Shown one piece after another: positions 1 to 13,397 of a stretch of 64,000 nt of DNA. The translations under genes were made by a program, and so were the position numbers. How positions within the stretch are numbered: the first letter of the stretch is position 1; every line of letters starts with the position of its first letter. The notes below the pieces were generated by a model. The model made no database searches and was not told the origin of the DNA. It worked only from the letters and a program-made list of their open reading frames with translations. The stretch spans positions 6,510,001 through 6,574,000 of the forward strand of contig OX597827.1 of assembly GCA_951406725.2 (NCBI GenBank). The letters are read 5' to 3'. The stretch is from Octopus vulgaris (taxonomy: Eukaryota).

Positions 1-348
1 AAAAGCACCAACCAATTGTGGCCGCTGCCAGCACCTCCTGGCACGTAAAAAGCACCAACCGATCGTGGCCACTGCCAGCACCCCCTGGCACATAAAAAGC
101 ACCAACCGATTGTGGCCACTGCCAGCTCCCCCCTTAGCACCTGTGCTGGTAGCACGTAAAAAGTACCCACTACACTCATGGAGTGGTTGGCGTTAGGAAG
201 GGCATCCAGCTGTAGAAACGTTGCCAGATCAGACTGGAGCCTGGAGCAGCCTCCTGGCTTCCCAGACCCCGGTCGAACCATCCAACCCATGCTAGCACGG
301 AAAACGGATGTTAAACGATAATAATGATGATGATGATGACGATGATGA
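1..348 (+). mobile_element. SINE with internal ~45 bp tandem units and (GAT)n tail (RTE-type 3' end), truncated by window edge
   Basis: Repeats of ggcacgtaaaaagcaccaaccgatcgtggcc, then ggaagggcatccagctgtagaaac...catgctagcacggaaaacggatgttaaacgat(gat)n. Homologs at 16290-16605(-), 56260-56335(+), 56910-57165(-), 57315-57550(-), 59915-60040(+), 61130-61465(+). Confidence 0.75.
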
Positions 349-634
349 ATTTAATGTGAAATTGCTGCTTTTCCATTTTTTATTCTCTCACTCGTTCCCT
401 GTATTTTTTTACTCTCTCCCTCTCTCTCTCTCTCCTCTCACTTTCTTTCTCTGTATGTGTGTGTATTCATGTCTTTGTGATTGTGTGTGTGTGTGTTTGT
501 GCGTGTGTGTGTGTGTGTGTGTATGTGTGTGTGCATAAAGAGAGAGACAGACAGAAACAAATGTTTGCACACCTATACAATAGTATCTGCACAAAATGTT
601 TACAGTATCTTATTAATTAAGTAATTCTAATTAA

Positions 635-854
635 CCCTTTTGTTACTGCATTTATTTTGAGATGCTCTGTGTTTCTTTCAGTTACTTTAAATATAACAAA
701 GAATTTCGTAAAATAACTTAGTTATCATTCAGCTAGTGTTAGGAACATAAATTGTGACTGAGGTTTGGTGGAAGATTTTAATTGAAAACTTATGAAAACA
801 AGACATTTGTACTCAGAGCCAAAGGCGGTTTCGGCAGGGTTGGTCACGAAAGGG
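635..854. mobile_element. piggyBac-like MITE
   Basis: TTAA|CCCTTT...GAAAGGG|TTAA with terminal inverted repeats. Homologs at 6202-6407 and 35163-35384. Confidence 0.8.
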
Positions 855-1349
855 TTAAATACATATATATAATATATTGCAATATATTTTATTGTTTTCA
901 TTTACATAATATTTACAAAATGATTTTTTTCTCAAGTTCTTTACATTAATGTCAACATTTGTGTTATTACAATATGTGGTACTCCACATTAGTGTATAGT
1001 CTGTACTCTTAGCTGTACTCCTAGATCAAGTACCAATATATTGGCTATTACTGTTTTGCAGTTGCTGTCTGCTTTTCTCACAATATTCTTATGATTCTTA
1101 TGTGCTTGATGCCTTTATTAAGGCTACATTTGAAGTTGATGCTGTTACCGCTGTTGTTATTATTACTGGTCAGTCCCAGGTTACTCTTGATTAAGCTATT
1201 TTCCCTTCATGACCATCCCAGGAGAATCTACCATTACATCATCCGATGTATCCTTTCTCCTTTTTTTTTAGTGCAGTGTGATTTGAAGTAGACTTGGCTA
1301 CTCTACTGGCAATTTGAGCAACCACTTAGATGATTTCTCAGTGGCTCAA

Positions 1350-1538
1350 TGTTCATGCTTGCCTACCAACCACATGGTTCCAGGTTCAGTCCCACTGCGT
1401 GGCACCTTGGGCAAGTGTCTTCTACTATAGCCTTGGGCTGACTATAGCCTTGGGCTGACTAAAGCCTTGTGAGTGGATTTGGTAGACAGAAATTGAAAGA
1501 AGCCCGTTGTATATATATATATATATATATACACACAC

Positions 1539-1632
<94 letters not shown>

Positions 1633-1845
1633 TTGTGTGTCTGTATTTGTCTCCCCAACATCGTTTCACAACCGATGCTGGTGTGTTTACATCCCCGTCA
1701 CCTAGCGGTTTGGCAAGAGAGACTGATAGAATAAGTACTGGGCTTACAAAGAATAAGTCCTGGGGTCGATTTGCTCGACTAAAGGCTGTGCTTCAGCATG
1801 GCCACAATCAAATGACTGAAACAAGTAAAAGAATAAAGAAAGAAT
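1350..1845 (+). mobile_element. tRNA-derived SINE family A (CORE-like domain, internal TA/TG microsatellite)
   Basis: ggttcagtcccactgcgtggcaccttgggcaagtgtctt...aatgactgaaacaagtaaaaga; about 20 full or partial copies in the window. Confidence 0.85.
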
Positions 1846-2721
1846 AAAGAACTGTTCTTTAAATATTCAAAGTTTGAAATTGAATATATTCCTGTTGTAA
1901 TTAATTACATATGATTTCATACATATATATATTGTAAATCAGCTATCAGGAAACTTTGTTGCCTTCAACCATTCTTGAAGTGGAATATTTCCCTGATGTG
2001 TGATAAACACTATGGATGTGAGGGTATCATTTTCTAATGTATATTTCACTATGTTATACAAACATTTTACTGTTTTGCTATTTTTCAAAAAATATTTTCA
2101 TTTCTAGATGATGCAGTTTCTGGTTAGCTCTAGACTCATTATTATTTATTATTATTGCCACAAAAAAAAAAAAAAAAAAAAATTAGGTCAAAGAAGACTA
2201 AATCTTTGGAATCAATTGTTTTACATTTTTACATGACAATAACTTCTGTGGGTTTTCTTCAAGAACCCCACAGTTTTGTTGTGTTTATTATTTTTTTTAT
2301 TTGTAAATTAGCATCATAGAGTTGAAACCTGGAGTCTCCATTGGAGTCTCCATTGTCATACCAGACACATGAAAATTGTTCAAGAGAGGTGCTAACAGTA
2401 AGTGCCTGAACCATAACACATGAAATTGATATTACATACCTGAAATCCTTCATTAAATAATAAAAATGGTTTCAAATTTTGCCACAAGGCCAGCAATTTC
2501 GGAGGAGGGGGTAAGTTGATTACATCGAACCAATATTCAACTGGTACTTATTTTATTGACCTCAAAAGCATGAAAGGCAAAGTCAACCTTGGCAGAACTT
2601 CAACACAAGAACTTAAGGATGAATGAAATGCCACCAAGTGTTTTGCCCAGATTGCTAACAATCCTGCCAGCATGCCACCTTCTTAATAATAATAATAATA
2701 ATAATAATAATGATAATAATG

Positions 2722-2773
<52 letters not shown>

Positions 2774-2893
2774 TAGACGCCACACCGCTGGCCTACCAAT
2801 GTATACTATGAGTTTCTTTGCCCTAGGAGTTGGGAAGACACTCGGCAAGAACTGGAAGCAAATTTGAAAGAAGAAGAAAAAATGATGATAATG

Positions 2894-2948
<55 letters not shown>

Positions 2949-2968
2949 TAATAATAATGATGATGATG

Positions 2969-3011
<43 letters not shown>

Positions 3012-3448
3012 TAATAATAATAATAATGATATTAATAATATGATAGTAATAATACTTATGATAAAAATAATATATTGAAGACTTATTTTCTAAAATATCA
3101 TTTCTTCAGAATATGAATAACAGAAAAAATTCTAAATTTCTTCTACATTTTTTTTTGTCATGAAGGGCACACTCATTAGTTCTAGAATCACTGAATAATG
3201 ATCCAAAGAATTCAAGGATTATGAATAAAAGAATTTATGCAGACGATCTTTATGAAATTATAGTTATTATCTAAAAACTTAAAAATACACACACATATTT
3301 CAATGATTGATTAAAAAAATTTTTTTGTTGTTTTTTTCCGAAGTTTTTTTATAAAAAATGTTATTTTTCAAAATGCAAGTTAAAAAAATAAGAACACACA
3401 TATATATATATATATCTATATATATATATATGTTTGCAAAATGTTGTA

Positions 3449-3699
3449 TTATGGCACATTTGGAATTGCCGGTAAAGGTTTGTTTGTGGAAGAAAAGCTA
3501 TTTTTCAATGGTAGCTGTTGAAATGTACTGTCTGGTGAAAACGATTTTAATTTCGTATTTTCATCAGTGTTAGTATCTACATTATTGTCTGGTAATTTAG
3601 GGCGTGGCACGGTCCCTGTATTATTATTCCTTGGAAGAGTACTGTCTGGTTTTGGTGTTTCTTCTTCTGGGTGAGTTTCTTGTCTCCTAAGGTAAGGAT
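3449..3699 (-). CDS. Protocadherin terminal coding exon
   Basis: Acceptor ttttctgtttcttattctgcag|AT (phase 1, completes GAT=Asp with the upstream G). Open to TAA at 3451-3449, ending STNKPLPAIPNVP. Non-repetitive coding-like sequence 399 nt from the previous exon. Confidence 0.78.
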
Positions 3700-4098
3700 C
3701 TGCAGAATAAGAAACAGAAAATAGAATTAAGAAAAACACTTGAAATGTGAAGCTTACAAGAAAATAATGATTTTAGATAGTTTTTTACGGACCTAAGCAA
3801 TTAGTCTAAAACTCTCTCTTCCACCCATTCTGTCCCCTCTTTTCTCATTCCTTTGTACAATTTTCTCAAAGAAAATTTACAACACAGGTGCAGGTGTGGC
3901 TGTGTGGTAACCAGCATCGGTTGTCAAGCAATATATATATATATAAAAACACACACACAATGCACATATATACATAAATATATCCATTGCTTTCAAAGTA
4001 GTATCCTACAGATTTTGTCATTCATGGCTGTCTTGAACCATGGAATTTATATAGAAAAACTGATATATTCTGCAAATGAATAATTTCTAACTACATAC

Positions 4099-4264
4099 CT
4101 GGTAATTCCTCATAATGTGTCGTGTATCCTTCACTGTATCCACGGCCACTGTCTGCATAGGATATCGTTGATAAATCACTATAGCAATAGGGTGACGTAA
4201 ACTTTGTTTCTTTGTCTCCAGCAGTATCAGGGCTTGTGGTGGTTCTTTGAATGGTTATTTTAGG
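4099..4264 (-). CDS. Protocadherin cytoplasmic exon (putative second coding exon)
   Basis: Acceptor ccattgtcttttcag|CCT (phase 0, matches donor at 38663). Encodes PKITIQRTTTSPDTAGDKETKFTSPYCYSDLSTISYADSGRGYSEGYTTHYEELP, with a DSGRGxS motif resembling delta-protocadherin CM1. Donor CAG|GTATGT, phase 1. Confidence 0.8.
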
Positions 4265-4348
4265 CTGAAAAGACAATGGAACAGCTATAAACAATAGTGG
4301 AAAATAAGATGATACTGAAATGTTGTATTATACTTTATTATAATATAA

Positions 4349-4746
4349 CTAGCAGTATCGCCCGGCGTTGCTCGGGTTTGTAAGGGAAATAACTATATAA
4401 GCATTTTTAGAGAGTTATAGCCAAAAAATAGCAAAAAAATGCATTAAAAATGGAAAAAAAATGATGGTAAATGTTTTTTAAATCGTTGACTCATCGTAGA
4501 CATTTTTAGAGAGTTCCTTCCCTTATATAATAGCGGAAAAAATGCATTAAAATGCGAAAAAATGATGGTAAATTTTTTTTTAAATTGTAGACTCATCGTA
4601 GACGCGCGCTAATACCCAGAAGGGCTCGATATGAATCACGACTATAAGATACCCGGTTTTGGTTAAACTGCACTGCAAAATGTGGGAGTAGTTAGGAATC
4701 TAAATCATAGGAGACAGACACACAACTTCACTTTTATATATAAAGA
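4349..4746 (-). mobile_element. Non-autonomous Helitron
   Basis: On minus strand: 5' TC, subterminal hairpin cccgagcaacgccggg, 3' CTAG, inserted between A and T. Confidence 0.8.
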
Positions 4747-4763
4747 TTATAATATAATATCTA

Positions 4764-4978
4764 AGGCGGCGAGCTGGCAGAAACGTTAGCATGCCAGGCA
4801 AAATGCTTAGCAGTATTTCGTCAGTCATTACGTTCTGAGTTCAAATTCAGCCGAGGTAAGCTTTGCCTTTTATCCTTTCAGGGTCGATAAATTAAGTACC
4901 AGTTGCGTACTGGGATCGATCTAACCAACTGGCCCCCTCCCCTAAAATTTAGGGCCTTGTGCTTAGAGTAGAAACGAT
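4764..4978 (+). mobile_element. tRNA-derived SINE with Meta-like central domain
   Basis: A box gagctggcagaa, B box gagttcaaatt, central gccttttatcctttcagggtcgataaattaagtaccag. Degraded copies at ~2465-2685, 31190-31385, 34790-34950, 54195-54410. Confidence 0.7.
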
Positions 4979-5082
4979 TATAATATAGTATCTATAATAC
5001 TATATTTTACATTCAGTTTCTCTTAGATTTTACATTCCACTTCTTTTCATTGCTTTCCATAGTTATTATATCATATTCTATA

Positions 5083-5419
5083 TCTTTATATATAAAAGAG
5101 AGGTTGTGTGCTGTCTATCTCCTACGATTTAGATTCCTAACTACTCCCACATTTTGCGGTGCAGTTTAACCAAAAGCGGGTATCTTATAGTCGTGATTCA
5201 TATTGAGCCCTTCTGCGTATTTTTAATGCATTTTTTTGCTATTGTATAAGGGAAGTAACTCTCTAAAAATGTATTATTAATCTCAGAACGTAAAAAGCAA
5301 CAGTAACACCCACCTTTGTGGTTAGCCATATTGAGATGGCTATTATACTTTACATCTCTAAAAATGCTTATATAGTTATTTCCCTTACAAACCCGAGCAA
5401 CGCCGGGCGATATTGCTAG
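5083..5419 (+). mobile_element. Non-autonomous Helitron (same family, inverted relative to 4349-4746)
   Basis: a|TCTTTATATATAAAAG...cccgagcaacgccgggcgatattgCTAG|t. Confidence 0.8.
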
Positions 5420-6201
5420 TCTATTATATAATATGTATTTCATATTATATTATGTCATATTATCAATTTCCGGTTCATTTGATTATTTATTCAGTTCTTG
5501 CATAAAATGTGTAATTTTTATTCAGTGTACATCAGATTTTGCCTTTCCAGTATTGGTTCCTCAGTTTCTCCTCTTTCCCCTCCTCATCATTCCCCTCACA
5601 ATTTTTCCTCCATTCCTCTACCTCCACTTCTAACTTCACCTTTTCCTCTACCTTCTTCTCATCCTCCTCTGCTTCTCTTCGTTCACTTCTTTCATTACCT
5701 CCTCAACAACAACAACAACAAGAAAAACAACAGCCTGTTTTTGAGCTAGTTAATTTTCTGCCATTAAAAGTTTAAGTGTTTTAGTTATGATCATTCCAAA
5801 CTGTGGGTGACAGGATACGAATTGTTGACCTTTACATAGGCTATCTGGTATCTCATCAACTCAGCCTTCCAAACTCTCTACAGTCTATCCATAATCTATA
5901 ATCTATAATATTATTCTGCTTGTCGCAACATGCGTTCTTGTGTTATGCTTTCAGCGAGCTTAAAACAATTTCAAAGACACAATCAAAATCTTTAATGTAA
6001 CAATTTAAGTTCAAATGTTAAACCTTCGACGACGTTAAATTAAGAATGAAGCTGAAGAATGACTCAAATTCTTTTTAACAATGAAACAAGTGTCATGCTT
6101 TAATCCTTTTGTTGCTAGATTTCAGATGAAATACACCGGCTTTATTACTATTAATTTTGAAAATATTGACGAATTTAGTAAAATAAATTTGTCATTATTA
6201 A

Positions 6202-6407
6202 CCCTTTCGTTACCAACCTGGCTGAAACCGGCTCTGGTTCTGAGTACAAATGTCTTGTTTTCAGAAATTTTGAATTAAAATTTTCCACCAAACCTTAGTC
6301 ACAATTTATGTTCGTAACACTAGCTTAATGATAACTAAATTCTTTGTTATATTTAAAGTAATTGAAAGGAACATAGAGCATCTCAAAATAAATGCAGTAA
6401 CGAAGGG
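6202..6407. mobile_element. piggyBac-like MITE nested in an older related MITE (~6100-6977)
   Basis: TTAA|CCCTTTCGTTACC...GTAACGAAGGG; reverse complement of 635-854. Confidence 0.75.
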
Positions 6408-6440
6408 TAAAGATAGTGTTTGGAACTTAAATTAACATGT

Positions 6441-6868
6441 AGGCGCTGGAGTGGCTGTGTGGTAAGTAGCTTGCTAACCAACCACGTGGTTCCGGGTTCA
6501 GTCCCACTGCGTGGCACCTTGGGCAAGTGTCTTCTACTATAGCCCCGGGCCGACCAATGCCTTGTGAGTGGATTTGGTAGACGGAAACTGAAAGAAGCCT
6601 GTCGTATATATGTATATATATATATATATGTATGTGTGTTTCTGTGTGTGTTTGTGTGTCTGTGTTTGTCCCCCTAGCATTGCTTGACAACCGATGCTGG
6701 TGTGTTTATGTCCCCGTCATCTCGTGGTTTGGCAAAAGAGACCGATAGAATAAGTACTGGGCTTACAAAAGAATAAGTCCCGGGGTCGATTTGCTCGACT
6801 AAAGGTGGTGCTCCAGCATGGCCGCAGTCAAATGACTGAAACAAGTAAAAGAGTAAGAGTAAAGAGTA
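6441..6868 (+). mobile_element. SINE family A, full length
   Basis: Head ggagtggctgtgtggtaag through tail (gtaaaaga)n. Confidence 0.88.
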
Positions 6869-6990
6869 TCTTATTTTGCTGGAAGGTTTTAATTTGTTTT
6901 ATATATATCACTTTCAACAGGAAATTTGTATTATAGAACCAGGAGAGGTTTTGTGAAGGTTGGTGTCTAAAGAGTTATATAATCTTGACT

Positions 6991-7412
6991 TTACTCTCTT
7001 TTACTCTTAATACTTGTTTCAGTCATTTGACTGCGGCCATGCTGGAGCACCGCCTTTAGTCGAGCAAATCGACCCTGGGACTTATTCTTCGTAAGCCCAT
7101 TACTTATTCTATCGGTCTCTTTTGCCGAACCGCTAAGTGACGGGGACGTAAACACACCAGCATCGGTTGTCAAGCAATGCTAGGGGGACAAACACAGGCA
7201 CACAAACACACACACATGCACATACATATATATATATATACATATATACGACAGGCTTCTTTCAGTTTCCGTCTACCAAATCCACTCACAAGGCATTGGT
7301 CGGCCCAGGGCTATAGCAGAAGACACTTGCCCAAGATGCCACGCAGTGGGACTGAACCCGGAACCATGTGGCTGGTTAGCAAGCTACTTACCACACAGCC
7401 ACTCCTGTGCCT
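6991..7412 (-). mobile_element. SINE family A, full length
   Basis: Reverse complement of 6441-6868. Confidence 0.88.
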
Positions 7413-8378
7413 ATGGAACAAAATTTTTTTAAAAATTGAAATCTTTAACATAATGAAACAATGTTAGAAAAGTTTCTAAATGCATGCATCAGAATAGAAA
7501 CAAGGAAACTGTTATATATAAATGAGTGCATCTTCAATTTGGTTTTTGTGTCTTTCCTCACCAATCTTTTATTTTTTATTCTTTAATTGTTTCAGTCATT
7601 AAACTGGGGTCATGTTGGGGTACTGCTGGGGAAGATTTTAGCTGAATGAACCGACCCCAGTACACCTTTTTCCTTTTTAAAGCTTGATACTTATTTTATC
7701 AGTCTCTTTTTGTCAAACCACTGTACAAGGATGTAATGACACCAGCACCAGTTGTCAAGCAGTGATTGGGGACAAACACACACACACACACACACACACA
7801 CATGATAGGCTCCTTTTGGTTTCCATCTACCAAATTCAAACATGAGGCTTTGGTCGGCCCAAAGCTATAGTAGAAGACACTTGCCCAAGGTGCCACACTG
7901 TGGGACTGAACCTGAAACCATGTGGTTGGGAAGCAAACTTCTTACCACACAGCCATGTCTGCACCTGGTCATAAATATTGAGTAATGACCAAAAGATTAT
8001 GACTGCAATTACAAACAGCTGAAATTGGGTTCCTCTGAAAGATCTCTAAAGTAACACTATTTGACAGGGTTCCCAGCATTGATAGGTCACATCTCTGGTA
8101 CTACAGACATGTTATTAGAATGTCACTAGAAAGGATTGCAAGGTGGACTCTTCAAGCAGAATCAACCAGCAGGAGACCTTGTGGTAGATGTAAAACGAAG
8201 TGGTTGGATAATAATCATAGGTAAAGGCATGGCCGTGTGGTAAGAAGCTTGTTTTCCAATCATATGGTTCTGGGTTTAATCCCACTGTGTGGCAACTTGG
8301 GTAAGTGTCTTCTACTACAGTTTCAGGCCTTGTGAGTGAATTTGGCAGATGGAAACTAAAAGAAGCCCATCGTATATA

Positions 8379-9249
8379 CATGGTGTGATGGGTAAATTGT
8401 TGCCATTTTATATTTTTTTAATTTTGTGCATGCACATTGATTGCTTTTGACTTTGTCAACTACACAGTATAGTAGAGTCAGTTGGGCACTGTCTGTAAGA
8501 AAACAGCACCATGACACAATTCACTTTGCTGGAAATTTAGAAATGTCATGCGGTACTGCTTGGCATTCACATTGGAAGCTCCAATACAAACATTTCAGAA
8601 TGTTTTGACGTCAATCTGAGGACATGTACCGAGAGTGATAAAAATCAAACATCTAGTCAACATCATGGTGTTTGGAGTGATCACGAATGATGGTGACATT
8701 ATGCCTCTATTCATCTTTCCACATGGCCTCACACTCAACACAGAGACCTACATTCAGTGCCTGGAGGAGGCAATGCTGTCCTGAATCAAGAGGATGGCTG
8801 TTGGAAGACCCTGTGTCTGGCAACAGGGCTCTGCACTATGCCACACAAGCAGAACCTAGTCATGGCTGTCAGACAATTTTTGTGACCACATCGTCCCTAA
8901 CATCTGGCCATCTAACTCCCCAGACTGCAACCCCTTTGATTATTATGTGTAGGGTGCAGTTGAGTGAGAGATCAATAAAACTCCTTGTAACACCATAGAT
9001 GAACTGAAGGCAAGAATTATGGCTGTATTCACCAACCTTAACAAGGGGACTGTCCAGAAGAGATGCAGGAGATTCTGAAGTCATCTGGGGGCCATAGTTG
9101 AAGCCAATGGCGATTTTATGGAATAAATTTACTCCGTAGTATTTCAAAATATTTTTATGCAATTTTGGTAAAAATGTTTGTTAAAATGAGATGTCAGTTT
9201 TATTTTCATTTCTGCATAATTTAGATGACAGTTTATTAACTGCACCCTG
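8379..9249 (+). mobile_element. Degenerate Tc1/mariner-superfamily transposon (maT/DD37D-like) inserted in the TA tract of a SINE A (8220-9520)
   Basis: TA-flanked imperfect TIRs (cat/agggtg...caccctg). Transposase remnants MVFGVITNDG and WPSNSPDCNPFDYY. Confidence 0.7.
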
Positions 9250-10049
9250 TATGTGTATGTGTGTGTGTGTGTGTGTGTCTGTGTCTGTGTGTGAGTGTGT
9301 GATTATGCGTGTCTTTGTGTCTGTATTTGTCCCCACACCATCACTTGACAACCGATGCTGGTGTGTTTACATCCCCGTAAATAAGCAGTTCGGCAAAAGA
9401 GACTGATAGACTAAGTACCAGGCTTACAAAGAATAAGTCCTGGGGTCAATTACTTCGGCTAAAAGGTGGTGCTCCAGCATGGCCACAGTCAAATGACTGA
9501 AACACTGTAAAAGAATAAAATAAATAGTCTCTATTGCTCATACTTTGGAATCTAGCTGAAGAATGTGAAGTCAGCTGTTTCCACCCTAGGGAGGAGGTGC
9601 CTGTGCACTGATCCATGGTGCCTCTACATATCAATAATAGCCTAAAAGGAAAATATATACTACCATTAGATTCAATTAAATATAATTTGTACGAATAAGT
9701 GTTATGCTTTTGTAAATGTTTTTAACTACCCATGTAGTTGTGAGCAGGCACAAACGCAACATTTGACTTAATAGGACATCCAGAATGTAACAGCTTTCAC
9801 ACATTAACCACATTCAATATATAAGTTTAGCTATTATGCAGTGTCACACTTAATAGGTAGGTTTCTCAAAATCTACCCATCATTTGCAGAATACTTTTGA
9901 TAACACCAGAGGTCATGGCTTCTCCTTCATTTTCTTACTCTGAGTACAATGATTTTGGAACATCCAATTCTATTTCTATGTCATCTAGTTAACGGAAGCA
10001 GTGAAGTTCTTCAATGGAACTATCTGGGCATTTGAAGGTATCTATTTCA

Positions 10050-11040
10050 TTGAGCGTTCATACTGTTAATTGCCCCTGTCTGTAAATACGACAAAGACTT
10101 TGTTGCCTTTCTTGGTTGGTCTGCCTGTGATCCCATTACAACACTTGTGCACCAAGTGTTTACAATAGAAACTGACTATGAAATTCCTACCGACTCCTTT
10201 TCAAAATGTAGAGGATGGTAACATCCTTAATTGTAAAAGAGTCTTGTTTTTTTTTTTGTTTTTTTGTTTTTTTACTATCTAAACGTTTTGTCTTAGCTTG
10301 GTTTACTTTAAGGCTTTTTGACTTGAGGTTTTGCTTCCCTATGTAGAACTTCTTTCTGGAGATTCAGCTACGAGAACTAGGTCATTGGCAAACAAAAGTA
10401 CTCACAGATTACTGGTCTTAAAGTCCTCCGGTATGGCCTATGTCAAGCTGATAAACATGAAGGAGACAAGAAACAAGGTCTAATGAACACCTATTTACAA
10501 GCCAAATTCCACACTCAACTCATTAACTTCCACACAGCTGACACTATCTCTGCATGTCTTGTATGGCTTTCAAGATATTCAGTTATGTGTAATTTTCCAA
10601 GTAAATTCTCTAAGACAATGAATGCAAGGTGCAGTAGATCTCTCTTAGTTCTCCTGTAGCTGTCTCAAGAGAAAGAAGGTACCAGTGGTTTCCCATTCCT
10701 GGCACAAAGCTGAAGTGCACCGCATCGGAGTTAATTTTCTTCCTAATTAGTTATGCTCCCATTTTGTTACTCTCTTAAATTGCTTTATTAGTATAATACT
10801 TGTTAGGTGCTTATTATTAGGATAACAGTTTCCTTTGCCCCTGCAGCAATTGATAACAATATTATTACACCTGTCATTAACAATGACACCTCCCTGTTCT
10901 GCCTGATTATGTATGTCATTAGTGCATGCTTTAATATTTCTAGTATCTCAGAGACTCTCTGTGATTGTCCAGCAGTTTGGGCCCTCTGTTGATATCTTGA
11001 ATTCTGTTCTTTTATTGACCTCTTGCAGCAGCCTTGAAAA
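10050..11040 (-). mobile_element. Highly degraded RTE-like LINE RT relic
   Basis: Minus strand near 10360-10400 reads LLFANDLVLVAESP (YADD-box relic); no intact ORF. Confidence 0.45.
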
Positions 11041-12258
11041 TCTTTTTCCCCAATTCATTATAAAGATGTTTGCACTTAGATAAATTTTTATGTTTCTATT
11101 TTGTTAACTTCATAGTATGAGAAAATAATCAAGAATGATTAAACCATATGATTATTGAAATCCTTTGATTGGTTGATCATGTATGCAGTGGACAGTTTTA
11201 GATTTCAAGGAAGGGGTTTGGTGTCAAAAGATTATCGGTGTATTTTAATAATGCAGTTAATTAGAGGAACTCAAACAGAATAATGGACAATTCCATGGTT
11301 AGTTAAGCCACTGTGATACTACTGGAAATGTTGCTTTTTAATGATACGCAAGAACAACTCCCTTTGATTGTGAGAAGACTTGGTTTTCAGTAAAAGATAT
11401 GCTCATAAATTTCACAAAATATTCTATTATTTACTTTTTATTTTAACTATTTATTGAATGGAGACTGGGGTCAGGGTTCATTGCCTCTTTTAGACACGCA
11501 TTGCAATTCCTGCAATGGAATATGAGTTGTCAGTCAGCTGGTTAGCAACTTTGAGTTTTTCGTTATTAAGTGCTCAATCAGAAGGTGAAGGACAACACCT
11601 TTTGTCACACGTTTGCTTGATCAGGGCTAACCTGAAGCAAAAGAAGTTTTCCAGCAATCTAAATATTTTAAACAATAAATGGATGATAAATATGTTTGAC
11701 AAGGCTCTGAAGCTCCCAGATAAGATATTCAATTAAGCTGAATCTAAACATTTCTAAACATTTCTCATACCAATTCTAAATCAATAATACACTCTGAGAT
11801 TCCTCACCACTAAAAATAAAATCAGTTCTAATTTAGAATAAATAAAATCTATTATTTTATAATGATGCTAACAAAAATCTAATTACTGACTTGCTTTTGC
11901 TATGTTTTTTGTTTCTTTTCTTTTTCTCTTTTACAGTGAAGAAATGCATTCTGCCTTTTTTGAAATTTCATAGAAAAAATGTTTGATGTATTTATTCTCT
12001 TGTTAAAATCAAGAGGATTCAATTTTAGCACTATCATTTGAATGTATGCACCTTCTTGATACAGCACAATTTAATCATATATAAGTATTCCACATGACCC
12101 AAAAAAGGGTATTTATTGCATTAGAGACACATTATTTAGGAATTTACACAAAAATTATTATCTGTATTTGGCATGTTGGTTTCTACAGAATATCATTTAT
12201 CATGAGAATATTCTTTTCCTAGTAACTTTTGCTAGATAAGAATGAATGTATATATGTC

Positions 12259-12299
<41 letters not shown>

Positions 12300-12308
12300 C
12301 TTTATTTG

Positions 12309-12359
<51 letters not shown>

Positions 12360-13397
12360 ATATATATATATATACTGAAATAGAAATATTTAAACAAACT
12401 GCCTTTCTATTAAATTTTTCTGACAATGTTTGCTTCTTGCCAATATCTTTTTACACAAGTCTAGACTTGGAAATGATTTAAAATAAACTAAAATACAACA
12501 CAACATTGAATGTAAAGAGATCACCAGTATAATGCTTTCAAACTGTAGAAGCAGAGCTGAGTTAGTAAGAAAACACAATGGTTTTGTGAATGTTTGGAAT
12601 TATTCTTCGAAATAAATCAAATTCTAAAGTCTCTATGTTATGCTATTAAGTACGTGTATTTGTGGATATGTCTGTATATGCAGGAGGTTACCAGTGTTTA
12701 TGTCTGTCTATGTTTGTGGATTTTTATATGGAACTATATATCTACATATTCCTGCATATATATGCATATGGAGGCATCACTATCTAAATGAATATGGATG
12801 TGAATATAAGTGAATATGAGTGCTTACATAATTAAGTATATAATTATATACTTAAAAATCAATTTTACTGATATAGTGTTTTTTTTATATGCTAGCCACA
12901 ATCACTTTCATAATTATATCCTTAATTTATAAGTATAAATAATTTTGAGTTCTCTAGTTATTATATTATGCTGTGATACTATATATACACCCATATGATT
13001 TCTGACATTAACCACATGGCTGAAATGGGTGATTCGTTGTAATGTAAATGTGGAAATTCATGTATATATTGGTATTTGTTTGCAGAAATTTATCAGTATA
13101 TATATGTATTTTTCACTCATACATTGTCGGTATATCTCTACTGAGGAGTGTAATGTAATCTTAATTACAAAGCATGAAATCTTAAGACACAGGATTATCA
13201 AAAATTTGCAAATCTTCTTGCTCAGTGCCTAGCATTCAGCCTTGGATTGTAAATAGAGAGCAAATTTAGAGTGGATTGCAGACATTTGACATCTACTTCT
13301 AGCATATAGGCAATGGCAGTCCAGCACTCACTTCACCATGATAGATCGCTAGGCGCTACACATTCTTTATTTTCTCTCCTTGTTTCTTTCTGTGTTC

